64,000 bases of DNA from Lachnospiraceae bacterium (GTDB lineage: Bacteria; Bacillota; Clostridia; Lachnospirales; Lachnospiraceae): positions 40,718 to 104,717 of the forward strand of contig JAIKZQ010000050.1 of the NCBI GenBank assembly GCA_024682075.1, in the 5' to 3' direction. A program made the translations under genes and the position numbers. Of the stretch, positions 45,967-56,352 are shown in pieces. The notes under the pieces are model-generated. The model had not been told where the DNA came from. It was given only the letters and a program-made list of their open reading frames with translations, and made no database searches. Numbering within the stretch: the stretch's first letter is position 1; the number at the start of each line of letters is the position of its first letter.

Positions 45967-47862
45967 TTAATTCCTGCTCCATTCGATCACGTTCTTATCA
46001 AGCCTCTTCATGATAGCTTCTTCAAGTCTTCTTCCGTTTATCGGCTTGGAAACAAAATCGTCAAATCCCTGTCTGATGTACTCATCCCTTGCACCGGTAA
46101 GTGCATTCGCGGTGATCGCTATGAATGACGTGCCGGCGTTCTTGACTCTTTCAATCTGTCTTGCTCTCTTCATCGCCTCAACTCCGTCCATGTCGGGCAT
46201 TATATGATCGAGAAGCACGACGTCGTAGCTGATCCTGGATAGTTCCTCCAGCATTTCCTTTCCTCCGGCTACCTGGTTCGTCTGAACCTCGGTCTCCTTG
46301 AGGAGCATTGCCTCGAGCACGCGGTTAATGTCATTATCGTCAACAATAAGAACTTTCGCCTTCGGTGCCTTGAAAAGAGGTCCTGCCTCTGCCGCATCCG
46401 AAGAAGACATGGACTTATCCGAATCATCTATGAGATCGGAGTCCTCGGCTATCTTATGAGGTATGGTGACGGTGAATTCGGATCCCTTTCCGTATTCACT
46501 CTGAACCCTGACTTCTCCGTCCATCATGTCGGTGAGCTTGGATACGATCGCAAGACCCAGACCGAGTCTCTCACCGCTTCTTGCCTGGACATCGCCGGAT
46601 CTGTCAAACGATCCGAAAATCCCACCGATCTCTTCTTCCCTGATGCCTATTCCGGTATCGGATACCCTGATCTCAAGCATCACGTTCTTCGAATCGATCT
46701 CCTTTGCTCCGACATACATGCTGACCCTTCCCGACGAAGTGAACTTTATGCCGTTCCCGATCAGATTGAGCATGATCTGTCTTATTCTCACGCAGTCTCC
46801 GACCAGCATTTCGGGAACAAGTGAACCGAGATCACAGTTAAGATCAAGCCCCTTCTTCTCAGCCGCGGGCTGACAGGTCTTGAACACATCCCTCACAAGA
46901 GTCTCTATCTTGTACGGAGCCTTGACTATCTCCAGCCTGCCCGCCTCGATATCAGAGTAATCAAGGATCTTGTTGATCGTCTCCATCAGGCTTCCGGCAG
47001 CTGTCGCGATATCCCTTGCGTAACCCGTAATGTACTCGTCGTTGCTTTCCCTCAGGATCATCTCATCCATTCCGAGAACAGTGGTCATCGGGGTCTTGAT
47101 CTCACGGGATATGGACTGAAGGAATTCACTCTTTATCCTCTTGGACTTCTCAACCTGGATCTTGCAGGCATCCAGTTCGATCAGAGTCTCCTGAAGATGT
47201 GCATAATCAGGTGTTTCCAGAAACAGCAGTATTATGATGACACCTATCGTGCCAAAGAAGAACGTGAGCAGAGTCGAGGGGAACATCAGCGACTGGATCA
47301 GCGTTCCGAAAATGATGAACACGAATCCTGAAAAAGAAAGGGTCTCCCTCAGCTCAAGATTCTTGTGATGGATCAGGGCATACGCAAACCCGTAAGTGAT
47401 GAAGTAGAAAGTCGGAATGTAGCACAGATAGTGCACGGGGCCGAACATGTAATTCATGTCTTCGTCAAAATAGAAGATCCACCCCGTCCATATATTTGCC
47501 ACAAGTACCAGCGTATACACCACTACAAGCAGGAGATTGACTTTTGACATAACCTTGTCGATTGCCGACATCTCACCGACAAAGACCTCGGTATAAGAAA
47601 GGTATGCATGGCCGCTCAGTGCCGCAAAAAAGAAATAGAGCGTGTTGGCAAGCGAGACGACCATATACGGAAGTTCCTTGCCATGGTAAATGGTGAGTGC
47701 TCCCAGGATGTCAAATACAAGCCCGCAGAGAACAACTATCATCAGGATAAGGAACTTCTTGTATCTCTCGGTCCTCTTTCTGCGCATCAAAACCAGACAT
47801 GCGATCGAGATGACCATGAAGAACACCGATGCTAATTCAAAAGAAATGTTGTACTGATTCAT
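45967..47862 (-). CDS. Hybrid sensor histidine kinase-like protein (multi-TM, HisKA, HATPase, REC) with Arg at the phospho-His position
   Basis: FLQSISREIKTP (expected SHE), NLIGNGIKFT, DTGIGI, GLGLAI, VLIVDD and LLDHIMPDMDG. Confidence 0.88.
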   Translation of the reverse strand: MNQYNISFELASVFFMVISIACLVLMRRKRTERYKKFLILMIVVLCGLVFDILGALTIYHGKELPYMVVSLANTLYFFFAALSGHAYLSYTEVFVGEMSAIDKVMSKVNLLLVVVYTLVLVANIWTGWIFYFDEDMNYMFGPVHYLCYIPTFYFITYGFAYALIHHKNLELRETLSFSGFVFIIFGTLIQSLMFPSTLLTFFFGTIGVIIILLFLETPDYAHLQETLIELDACKIQVEKSKRIKSEFLQSISREIKTPMTTVLGMDEMILRESNDEYITGYARDIATAAGSLMETINKILDYSDIEAGRLEIVKAPYKIETLVRDVFKTCQPAAEKKGLDLNCDLGSLVPEMLVGDCVRIRQIMLNLIGNGIKFTSSGRVSMYVGAKEIDSKNVMLEIRVSDTGIGIREEEIGGIFGSFDRSGDVQARSGERLGLGLAIVSKLTDMMDGEVRVQSEYGKGSEFTVTIPHKIAEDSDLIDDSDKSMSSSDAAEAGPLFKAPKAKVLIVDDNDINRVLEAMLLKETEVQTNQVAGGKEMLEELSRISYDVVLLDHIMPDMDGVEAMKRARQIERVKNAGTSFIAITANALTGARDEYIRQGFDDFVSKPINGRRLEEAIMKRLDKNVIEWSRN

Positions 47863-48034
47863 TCAGACACAATCCTTCAATGCGGACATCTGATTCCGGG
47901 CATTCCGCAGTGAAATCCTCCTTATGGAAATATACGGTCTAAAATATTATATGCCTTTTTGGCATAAAATACCATTTAAAAAGCTCTCCTCCGTCCGCGA
48001 TGCTCCCGGCAGGCCTATCACCGGTCCCTTATCG

Positions 48035-48066
48035 AAAAAGACCGGAAGGGATCATCCTTCCGGTCT
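48035..48066 (-). terminator. Intrinsic terminator after the AGCS symporter
   Basis: agaccggaagg-N6-ccttccggtct followed by a T run on the minus strand. Confidence 0.8.
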
Positions 48067-48104
48067 GTATTTTACCGTTCGTCAGTATCGGATGCCACCG
48101 GCGG

Positions 48105-49592
48105 TCAGATGCCGTCATCGGTGCGCTTTTCCTGCTCTTCCTGAATCTCGGGGATTGCAGAGAACATAGGCTTTACATCCTTGCCCTTAATCTTTCTGTC
48201 GACATAATTGCGGGTGATCTTCATTACCGTTCCGCTGAGCACTATTACGCCGATCAGGTTGGGCATTGCCATAAGGCCGTTGAAGGTATCGGAAAGATCC
48301 CATGCAAGGGTAAGATCCATGGTAGCACCGAACACGATGAATATAACGAATACCATCTTGTATACCAACACAGCTCTGGTTCCGAACAGATACTCAAACG
48401 CCTTGCTTCCGTAAATGCTCCATCCGAGAACGGTCGAAAATGCGAACAGCGTGATCGCTATGGCGATGAACCATCCTCCGAAACGTCCGAGGGTACCTTC
48501 AAATGCCTCTGCCACAAGTGCTGTCTTCTCGGCAGAAGAGATCATCTCTCCGGTCTCAAGATTCATCACACCGGAGCACAGGACCGCAAGAGCGGTGAGG
48601 GTACACACGACTATGGTGTCTGCAAACACTTCAAAGATTCCCCACATTCCCTGTTTTACGGGCTCTCTTACATTCGAAGCCGAGTGAACCATGACAGAAG
48701 ATCCGAGTCCTGCCTCATTGGAGAACACGCCTCTCTTCATGCCCCAGGTAAGTGCCATTGAAACGCCGCTTCCGACGATTCCACCTCCAACGGCCCTGAG
48801 TCCGAATGCACCCTTGATGATAGCTGTGAATGCTGCGGGAATCTCACCGATATTGGCGATGACGATCACGATGCAGCCGATGACATAAAGCACAGCCATG
48901 AAGGGAACCAGCTTCTCGGTGACATTTGCGATCCTCTTAAGTCCGCCCACTATGACAAGAGACGAGACTCCCATGAGCACTATGCCGGTCGCGACGGCAG
49001 GAATTTTGAAGACCGAATTGAGATTCACGGCGATCGAATTGATCTGGCTCATGTTTCCGATTCCGAACGAAGCAAGGACGCAGAAAATGCTGAAGAGAAC
49101 CGCAAGGACAGCGCCTATCTCCTTGCATCCCTTTTTGCCGCCCAGTCCCTCTTTCAGATAATACATCGCTCCTCCGCACCATTCGCCTTCGGAGTTCTTC
49201 CTTCTGTAATAGATTCCGAGCACATTTTCCGAATAATTGGTCATCATGCCGAAAAAGGCAACGATCCACATCCAGAAGATCGCACCGGGACCTCCTGTTG
49301 CCAGAGCAGCGGCGACACCGGCAATATTACCCGTGCCGATGGTTGCCGCAAGAGCCGTGCAAAGGCTCTGAAACTGGCTTATCTGTCTGTCATGTCCCGG
49401 GGTGTGGGCAGTTATGTGCTTATTCTTGAAGATTCCCCCGAGAGTATTGGAAAACCAGTGTCCGATGTGAGTTACCTGAAAAAAGCCCGTCAGGACAGTC
49501 ATCAGGATTCCCGTGCCGACCAAAAGGACCAGCATCGGCAGTCCCCACACGAATCCGTTTACCGCATCGTTTATGTTTGCTATCAGTTCCAC
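48105..49592 (-). CDS. Alanine/glycine:cation symporter (AGCS family)
   Basis: AATIGTGNIAGVA, GGPGAIFWMW, RGVFSNEAGLGS, FAFSTVLGWS and NGLMAMPNLIG; GTG start. Confidence 0.92.
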   Translation of the reverse strand: MELIANINDAVNGFVWGLPMLVLLVGTGILMTVLTGFFQVTHIGHWFSNTLGGIFKNKHITAHTPGHDRQISQFQSLCTALAATIGTGNIAGVAAALATGGPGAIFWMWIVAFFGMMTNYSENVLGIYYRRKNSEGEWCGGAMYYLKEGLGGKKGCKEIGAVLAVLFSIFCVLASFGIGNMSQINSIAVNLNSVFKIPAVATGIVLMGVSSLVIVGGLKRIANVTEKLVPFMAVLYVIGCIVIVIANIGEIPAAFTAIIKGAFGLRAVGGGIVGSGVSMALTWGMKRGVFSNEAGLGSSVMVHSASNVREPVKQGMWGIFEVFADTIVVCTLTALAVLCSGVMNLETGEMISSAEKTALVAEAFEGTLGRFGGWFIAIAITLFAFSTVLGWSIYGSKAFEYLFGTRAVLVYKMVFVIFIVFGATMDLTLAWDLSDTFNGLMAMPNLIGVIVLSGTVMKITRNYVDRKIKGKDVKPMFSAIPEIQEEQEKRTDDGI

Positions 49593-49614
49593 CTACAATC
49601 TCCTCTCATAACAT

Positions 49615-49645
49615 AAAATAAAGCGCCAATATATAGTATTGGCGC
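49615..49645 (-). terminator. Terminator at the end of the mannan operon
   Basis: gcgccaata-N5-tattggcgc followed by tttatttt on the minus strand. Confidence 0.7.
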
Positions 49646-49700
49646 CTTTGTCAACATAAGTATTTTATTAAATAACAGGACTCCGTGCAAGCATTTTTTC

Positions 49701-52001
49701 TCACACCTGCCGGATCTCGAACATCATCTGGCCATACTCACCCCAAAGAACCGGAAGCATAAGGCCCGCATTCATAAGACTTTTTCCGGATACCGCTCCC
49801 TCCGGAGCCAGGATCTTCCAGTCATGTTTCTTGCCGTGGCTGCAGAATCTGCTGTTTTCATCATCGGAGCCGATCAGCTTCAGACTGTACATCATGTCCG
49901 GATCCAGTCCCTTTAACCGGATCACCCTCTTGCCCGTCCGGGGTGAACCCTTACACTGTACATATGTAAGAAGTGCACGCTTTTTGTCCTTTGTCACGGA
50001 CATCCAGGCATCATAAAGTTCTATATCGGATACTCTCGCGATACGGTAATAATCGCCTTCTCTTACTATGTCACCTACCGAATGGTATATTGCCACCTGT
50101 TCGGGAATGGATTCTCTTTCGGCATCCGGGATCGCAGTTATGTCCAGTTCGTATCCGAATGTGCCGGAAAGCGCCACAGCACCTCTTACATCAAACGGCA
50201 TCACCCTTCCGGAGATATGATTGGGCGAAGCGGAAACGTGCGCCCCCATTGTGCTTAACGGATAGATCATTTCGGTACCGGCCTGGATTGTGAGCCGTTC
50301 ATAGGCATCCGTATCATCCGAGCACCATATCTGAGGTGAATAGAACAGCATACCCGCATCATATCTCGCACCGCCTCCGGAACAGTTTTCCAGAAGCAGA
50401 TCCGGGAATTCCTCAAGAAGTCTTTCCTGAAGATCGTATACCCCGAGCGTATAGAGATATGAAAGTCTTCCCATTGATGATGCATCAAGCCCGGTGCTTC
50501 CCAGGTCCGAAAGCTGTCTGTTCATATCCCATTTCACATAGGATATCTTTGCACTTCTCAGGATCTTCGCCACGCACTCATAGACATGATCCCTGACTTC
50601 ACTTCTGGTTATGTCGAGAACATACTGGTTTCTGATCCTGGTCGGAACCCTTCCGGGAGAACTGATCGCCCAGTCGGGATGCGCACGGTACAGATCCGAA
50701 TCAGGGGATACCATCTCCGGCTCAAACCATATGCCGAATTTCATTCCCATCTTCTCAAGCTCACCGGACAGCCTCTCTATGCCGCCGGGAAGTTTTTTCT
50801 CATTTACAACCCAGTCACCCAGAGATGAATTGTCATCATCACGTTTTCCGAACCATCCGTCATCCATGACGAGCATTTCGATCCCGCACTTTTTCGCATC
50901 ACGGGCTATATCGAGCAGCTTGTCGGTATTAAAGTCAAAATATGTTGCTTCCCAGTTGTTGATGAGTATGGGACGTTCGCTGTACAGATAAGGGCTTCTG
51001 ATGAGATGTCCGCGGAACAGGTCATGGAAGATATGGCTCATTCCGTCAAAACCTTTTTCGGTAAAAACAAGTACCGCCTCGGGAGACTGAAAAGATTCAC
51101 CGGGTTTAAGGTCCCAGGTAAAATGTTCCGGACTGATGCCTATATATGATCTTACCGTCTCAAACTGATCCATTCCGGCACCGCATACGAAATTCCCGGA
51201 CCAGATAAGCGTCTGGGCGTAAATCCTGCCTTTCGAATCATCCGCGCCGTTTTCGCAAAGAGCCATGAAAGGCTGGAACTGATGAGAACTCTCGCCTCTT
51301 GTGGAATAGACTTCCGAATTGCCCCTTGATATCCTTCGCCTGTCCATCCTTCTCTCTCTGGCCCAGCTTCCCGACAGAGTAACGATGTCAGGTTCATGGT
51401 TTTCAAAGCAGCTGAGATCAAGATCAAGATTACTGCTGAGAAGCTTATCAAGGATGACAGTGGTGTCAGATTCGTTTGTCAGCCTGACGCTCTTTAATAT
51501 CGCGTCGCTGTCATCAAAAACCGAATATGAAAGATATGCCCTCAGGCCCAGAACTTTCTCCTCGAGTACTATCCTGAGTGTCTGCGCACCTGCCTTCCCG
51601 GGGAAAGCCGCAGGCATCCTTACTTTTCTGCCGTCTGTCATTTCGGCGGATATTTCTTCCTTGCCTTCATATATCCTGTGCGACACATATGTAAACAGAG
51701 AGGAATCATGTCCTCCGGCATCTCTGACGCAGATCACGGGATTCCTGTAATCTCCGGTTCCTCCCGAAGGAAATTCAAGCCTGGTCTTGTCGAAATAGCA
51801 CCCTCTGTCCCTGTCGTTTCTTGACGGAACTGCCGGATTGTTCTTCCCGCCGAGAAGATATCTCAGATCATCTCTTCCGACCGCGGCCCCGTAATAAGCG
51901 TTGCAAAGAAAGCCCTCTTCATCTGCGAGAGCAAGACACATGGAGGTACCCGGTGTCTCTATGAAAAACAATCTGTTTGCATCATCAAAAAATATGCCCA
52001 T
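49701..52001 (-). CDS. GH36 alpha-galactosidase
   Basis: NNWEATYFDF, VMDDGWFG, FGIWFEPEM, YVKWDMNR, ENCSGGGARYD and WCSDDTD. Confidence 0.95.
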   Translation of the reverse strand: MGIFFDDANRLFFIETPGTSMCLALADEEGFLCNAYYGAAVGRDDLRYLLGGKNNPAVPSRNDRDRGCYFDKTRLEFPSGGTGDYRNPVICVRDAGGHDSSLFTYVSHRIYEGKEEISAEMTDGRKVRMPAAFPGKAGAQTLRIVLEEKVLGLRAYLSYSVFDDSDAILKSVRLTNESDTTVILDKLLSSNLDLDLSCFENHEPDIVTLSGSWARERRMDRRRISRGNSEVYSTRGESSHQFQPFMALCENGADDSKGRIYAQTLIWSGNFVCGAGMDQFETVRSYIGISPEHFTWDLKPGESFQSPEAVLVFTEKGFDGMSHIFHDLFRGHLIRSPYLYSERPILINNWEATYFDFNTDKLLDIARDAKKCGIEMLVMDDGWFGKRDDDNSSLGDWVVNEKKLPGGIERLSGELEKMGMKFGIWFEPEMVSPDSDLYRAHPDWAISSPGRVPTRIRNQYVLDITRSEVRDHVYECVAKILRSAKISYVKWDMNRQLSDLGSTGLDASSMGRLSYLYTLGVYDLQERLLEEFPDLLLENCSGGGARYDAGMLFYSPQIWCSDDTDAYERLTIQAGTEMIYPLSTMGAHVSASPNHISGRVMPFDVRGAVALSGTFGYELDITAIPDAERESIPEQVAIYHSVGDIVREGDYYRIARVSDIELYDAWMSVTKDKKRALLTYVQCKGSPRTGKRVIRLKGLDPDMMYSLKLIGSDDENSRFCSHGKKHDWKILAPEGAVSGKSLMNAGLMLPVLWGEYGQMMFEIRQV

Positions 52002-52050
52002 TATCTCCTCCGCTTACGTCTATAGGCTTTACCGTCTAAATCCGATCGTT

Positions 52051-53037
52051 TTATCTGGTCAGATAGAATTCCTTAAGAGTATCTTCGGCAGGCTTTCCGA
52101 AGATCCCGAAGCCGACATCTGTCACGGGATCATAAGGCCTTCTGCAAACAGCCACCTGGTCCCACCAGAAATATCCGCAAAACCATGGAATGTCCCATGT
52201 TGCCTCCATGGCAGTCCGGTAGAAATCAGACTGTTCCTGAAGAGACACTTCCTTGTCAGGCCTTGGCCTGTAATCGAAAGGATATGCCGAACATCCGTGT
52301 TCGGACCTCATCCCTATCTCGGCAAACATGACAGGTCTGTCATACTTTTTGTGGCAGGCCTCGACTCTTTTCATCTCTCTTGCCCAGCCCTTTCTCATGT
52401 CATCTGCCGATACGTTTTCTCCGTCAGTCACGGCATAATAAGCCGATATGCCTATCACGTCAACATCGGACAGCCATTCAAAATCCAGTTCATCGCCATG
52501 GTTGATGTTGTGCATGAGCTTGCCGTGATATATGGTCCTGACCTTTTCGATGACTTTTCTGCAGTGAGTGCTGATGGCATCCATCCCCGCCATCTCACAT
52601 CCCGTGCAGAGCATTTCGCATCCGCTCAGTTCCGCAATCCGGGCATAATGACACATGAACGCGGTGTAAGATTCAAACCATTTGTCCCAAAATGTCATGA
52701 CATCAAGCGGGAAGGAGACATGAGCTCTCCACACACCGTCCAGGCAATCCACCATCGGCTTCAGGCATACCTTCATCCCCAGCTCCTTGGCTGTCCTGAT
52801 CGCATATATCACATCCTCATCGGTCTGTGTCCTGCCATATACCGGATGTATCAGAAGCGAATGATATGTATCCATGTAATTATTTACCGTGATGCATATC
52901 CAGTCACAGCCGTCCTGTGAGAGCCTTTTGAGGCTCTCTGCGGCTTCCTTGGTCATATAATCTCTGGGGCGTGAGTTAAATCCCCAGCTGAAACCCCTGC
53001 AAAAAAACTCTCTTTCCATCAGATTACCCTCAGACAT
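52051..53037 (-). CDS. GH113 beta-mannanase / mannoside hydrolase
   Basis: KVCLKPMV, WRAH, GCEM (acid/base), IGISAYY, FAEIG (nucleophile) and GYFWWD. Confidence 0.88.
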   Translation of the reverse strand: MSEGNLMEREFFCRGFSWGFNSRPRDYMTKEAAESLKRLSQDGCDWICITVNNYMDTYHSLLIHPVYGRTQTDEDVIYAIRTAKELGMKVCLKPMVDCLDGVWRAHVSFPLDVMTFWDKWFESYTAFMCHYARIAELSGCEMLCTGCEMAGMDAISTHCRKVIEKVRTIYHGKLMHNINHGDELDFEWLSDVDVIGISAYYAVTDGENVSADDMRKGWAREMKRVEACHKKYDRPVMFAEIGMRSEHGCSAYPFDYRPRPDKEVSLQEQSDFYRTAMEATWDIPWFCGYFWWDQVAVCRRPYDPVTDVGFGIFGKPAEDTLKEFYLTR

Positions 53038-53968
53038 CAGACAGGATAACTTCCATATTGCCGGTCATGCGCACCGTTTTTGCTCCCTCTGCCGTGATCA
53101 GCATATGGCTTCCTTTTACGACAGGAGTGTCATGCACATGTCCCGATCCGTTTATCACGCTTGCACAGATAAATCCCGCTGTCGTCCCGAATGTGCATTC
53201 GCCATTGACCTTGACCCTGCTGACTTCATACCTGTCACAGCTTATCAGGCGTACCGGTTCGTTTTCCGCATCTTCCGGAGCCCTTCTTATGCGTTCCGAA
53301 GCAGACGGATCCGGCACGGTTATCACATCCTTGCTCTTATCAAGATGCAGCTCTCTCGGCTTTCCGTTCTGGAGCCTGCCGTAATCATATAACCTGTATG
53401 TTATGTCGCTTGACTGCTGTGTCTCCAGCACGCACACTCCGGCAGTTATGGCGTGCACGCATCCGGGATCGATCTGAACAAGGTCACCCTTACGGATCTT
53501 CACCTTTCGGATCAGTTCATCAAAGCGCCCTTCATCGATCATGCTCTCCAGTTCTTCACGGTCAGCCGCGTTATGTCCCAGTACGATATGGCCGTCTTCC
53601 GGACAATCGAGCACATACCAGCATTCCTTTTTTCCAAACGATCCGTTTTCGTGCACACTTGCATATTCATCATCCGGATGAACCTGTATGCTCAGATCGT
53701 CTCTTGCATCAATGATCTTCACGAGCAGCGGAAACCTGTCACCGGGCGCATTTCCGAACAGGTCCCTGCGGGAATCCCAAAGCTTCGAAAGTTTCAATCC
53801 TTCGAATTCCCCGCACATTACGATGCTCTCGCCCGATGGATGAGCCGATATGCCCCAGCATTCTCCGATGTCATTTCCCGGTTCGTCATACCCGAATTCA
53901 TCCCGGAGTCTTTCGCCTCCCCATATGGTATGTGAAAAATACGGCCTTAACAGGATTACTTTTTCCAC
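53030..53968 (-). CDS. manA: Mannose-6-phosphate isomerase, class I
   Basis: IWGG, GECWGISAHP, FPLLVKIIDA...LSIQVHP, KKECWY, HAI and ETQQSSDITYRLYDY. Confidence 0.95.
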   Translation of the reverse strand: MEKVILLRPYFSHTIWGGERLRDEFGYDEPGNDIGECWGISAHPSGESIVMCGEFEGLKLSKLWDSRRDLFGNAPGDRFPLLVKIIDARDDLSIQVHPDDEYASVHENGSFGKKECWYVLDCPEDGHIVLGHNAADREELESMIDEGRFDELIRKVKIRKGDLVQIDPGCVHAITAGVCVLETQQSSDITYRLYDYGRLQNGKPRELHLDKSKDVITVPDPSASERIRRAPEDAENEPVRLISCDRYEVSRVKVNGECTFGTTAGFICASVINGSGHVHDTPVVKGSHMLITAEGAKTVRMTGNMEVILSDV

Positions 53969-53983
53969 CTGTGATTTCCTCCA

Positions 53984-55129
53984 TCAGTCCCTGCCGGATG
54001 TGATCACGCTCACAAGATAAAACGGCAGCACATCTCCTTCGTGTGTATCCGAAAGTTCTATCCTGACCGTATGCTCTCCGGGATCGCCGTGATCGAGCAC
54101 GGTGTCCAGGACAAGCTTGTCGCCCCAGTCTTCATCAAAGTCCGCATCCAGGATGAATGGCGCATCCGTATTCCCGTCGAGGATCAGTTTTGCCGCAGGA
54201 GCGGGCTTTTGTATCGTTTTTCTGTACTGAACGCCGATACAGGATCCATATACCTTAAAGGTGATGGATGCACCCTTATCCGTAGCCGTCCATCCCTTCC
54301 TGAACACATCGGTGATGACTTCCTGCGGAAGGGAGTCTTTTTCAAATCCCTTGACAGACGTCACGATGCCGCTCGAATTATCGTTTCTGTATCTCACGGA
54401 ATCCTCATATGCGTTCGGGGTCTCGGGTGAGGGCATCTCCTTTTCCGGCTCTTCCGCTTCATTCATTCCTGCCCGGATCTCTTCCAGAACATGTATCACC
54501 ACCGAAGCGACAAGAGAATGCCCGATGTCATTGGGATGCAGATCATCCTGCGTTATGACTCTGTTATCCAGTCTGCCGCTTTCAAGTTCTGGATATATGA
54601 CATCCCTCATGCTGACTGAGGGGACATCATATCTTCTTGCCACCTTCGAGTGCTGAAGCTGGGCATTTCCGCCATCATCATATCTCACATTTTCTATCAG
54701 CATGAGTGCCCTGGAAGGATCGGATGAAAGGATCTTCCTCACAAGTCCTTCATATGTTTCGCGATAATGTTCGGTGGCCTCGTCATTTACGGCAAACTCG
54801 ACAAAGCATATGTCGGGATCATGGATAAGAAGATCCGAATCAGCCCTCGCGCATCCGAACTGGGAATCTGTCGCTCCTATCCCGGCATTCACATACTTAA
54901 CCTCGGCTCTGGGAAAACTCTCCGCAAACCATTCATACACCTTGTGCGCATAGCACTTATCGGGATGAGTTGCAGCGCAGCCCTGGGTTATCGATCCGCC
55001 CAGAAATGCCACCGTGACGGGTTTGCCGTCAGATGCCCTTTTCATCACTTCCTTGATGCGTCTGCGGTTTCCTCTGTATGACACGGCCTTTCCGTAATCC
55101 ACTGCCGGAATTTTCTCGGTTATCATCAT
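53984..55129 (-). CDS. SGNH acetylesterase with C-terminal beta-domain; CE17-type mannan 2-O-acetylesterase
   Basis: [21 protein letters not shown] and DDLHPND.GH; C-terminal [13 protein letters not shown]; closely resembles Roseburia CE17 as I recall it; ATG at 55129. Confidence 0.82.
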   Translation of the reverse strand: MMITEKIPAVDYGKAVSYRGNRRRIKEVMKRASDGKPVTVAFLGGSITQGCAATHPDKCYAHKVYEWFAESFPRAEVKYVNAGIGATDSQFGCARADSDLLIHDPDICFVEFAVNDEATEHYRETYEGLVRKILSSDPSRALMLIENVRYDDGGNAQLQHSKVARRYDVPSVSMRDVIYPELESGRLDNRVITQDDLHPNDIGHSLVASVVIHVLEEIRAGMNEAEEPEKEMPSPETPNAYEDSVRYRNDNSSGIVTSVKGFEKDSLPQEVITDVFRKGWTATDKGASITFKVYGSCIGVQYRKTIQKPAPAAKLILDGNTDAPFILDADFDEDWGDKLVLDTVLDHGDPGEHTVRIELSDTHEGDVLPFYLVSVITSGRD

Positions 55130-56304
55130 TTTCTCCCAAATAACGCTTCGTTTTTTTCTATCAGTTCGATCCTCTGTCTTACGCACTGTGCACTGTGAAG
55201 GGGATCCGAAGGAGTATTGAACACATAATCCTCCAGCCTTTCAAGCGTAGTGCCCGCAACATGAAGCCTTGTGTCCGAGGAGGCATAATAGATGAACACC
55301 TCACCCTTTTCATTCACGACAGCTCCGTTGGTAAAAACAACATTGCTGACATCACCGCACCTCTCATATCCTCTGGGCCCTATGAGAAGTCCCGAAGGCT
55401 CTGCTATCACTCTTGCGGGATCATCAAGTGCCGTGGCGAATGCATATATGACATACCGGAGTCCCGCAGCGGTGTTTCTTACTCCGTGGGCAATGTGTAT
55501 CCATCCTCTTTCGGTCTTGATGGGGACTGCACCGGCACCGTTCTTTACTTCGGTTATCGTGTGATATCTTCTGAGCGATGTGAGTTTCTCCTCATCGATC
55601 ACGGCATGCTCTATGTCATCGCAGAGTCCGAAACCTATTCCGCCGCCCGATCCCGTGTTGATGAAATCATCCATCGGTCTTGTATAGAAAGCATACTTTC
55701 CGTCCACAAATTCGGGGAAAAGAAGGCAATTCCTCTGCTGAGGGCTGTTAAGAGTCTTAAGGTTGTCAAGCCTCTCCCAGTGCTCAAGGTCCCTGGTCCT
55801 GACTATTCCCGCTTCTGCAACCGCAGCGGAAAGATCATCGGATGAGGTATCCTTGCTTTCCGAGCAGTACACGCCGTATATGTAACCGTCCTCATGAAGA
55901 GTCAGTCTCATGTCATATGCATTTACTTCTTCCGGATATCTCGAATCGTCTATCAGAATAGGCTTGCCCCTGAATCTGAACCCGTCAACGGGGCTGTCAC
56001 TTTCCGCTATCGCAAAAAATGATTTTCTGTCATCCCCCTCTATCCTGGGACAGAGGATGTATTTTCCGTTCAGGTACAGCGCTCCGGAATTCAGTACCGC
56101 ATTGATGCCCAGTCTTTTTTCAAAGAAAGGATTGGTCTCATCATCCAGATCGTACTGCCACTCAATGGGAACGCTCTCCCTTGTCAGCACGGGATTGACA
56201 TATCTGTCATATATCCCGTTATACATGTCGTCATCTACGTGGTTCTTTCTGGCCAGATACACTTCCTGTCTGGCTTTGAGTTCAAAATATTTCTGATGGA
56301 TCAT
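55126..56304 (-). CDS. GH130_1 4-O-beta-D-mannosyl-D-glucose phosphorylase
   Basis: RVEG-like [46 protein letters not shown] and YYASSDTR. Confidence 0.9.
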   Translation of the reverse strand: MIHQKYFELKARQEVYLARKNHVDDDMYNGIYDRYVNPVLTRESVPIEWQYDLDDETNPFFEKRLGINAVLNSGALYLNGKYILCPRIEGDDRKSFFAIAESDSPVDGFRFRGKPILIDDSRYPEEVNAYDMRLTLHEDGYIYGVYCSESKDTSSDDLSAAVAEAGIVRTRDLEHWERLDNLKTLNSPQQRNCLLFPEFVDGKYAFYTRPMDDFINTGSGGGIGFGLCDDIEHAVIDEEKLTSLRRYHTITEVKNGAGAVPIKTERGWIHIAHGVRNTAAGLRYVIYAFATALDDPARVIAEPSGLLIGPRGYERCGDVSNVVFTNGAVVNEKGEVFIYYASSDTRLHVAGTTLERLEDYVFNTPSDPLHSAQCVRQRIELIEKNEALFGRK

Positions 56305-56352
56305 GTCTTCTCCTTATCCGCAGTCAGAATCACCGTTACAATAACCCTGTCT

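Noticed and set aside
49593-49700. Glycine riboswitch expected upstream of an AGCS symporter
   Set aside because: The roughly 110-bp gap holds only a terminator hairpin and an RBS. I see no glycine-aptamer boxes.
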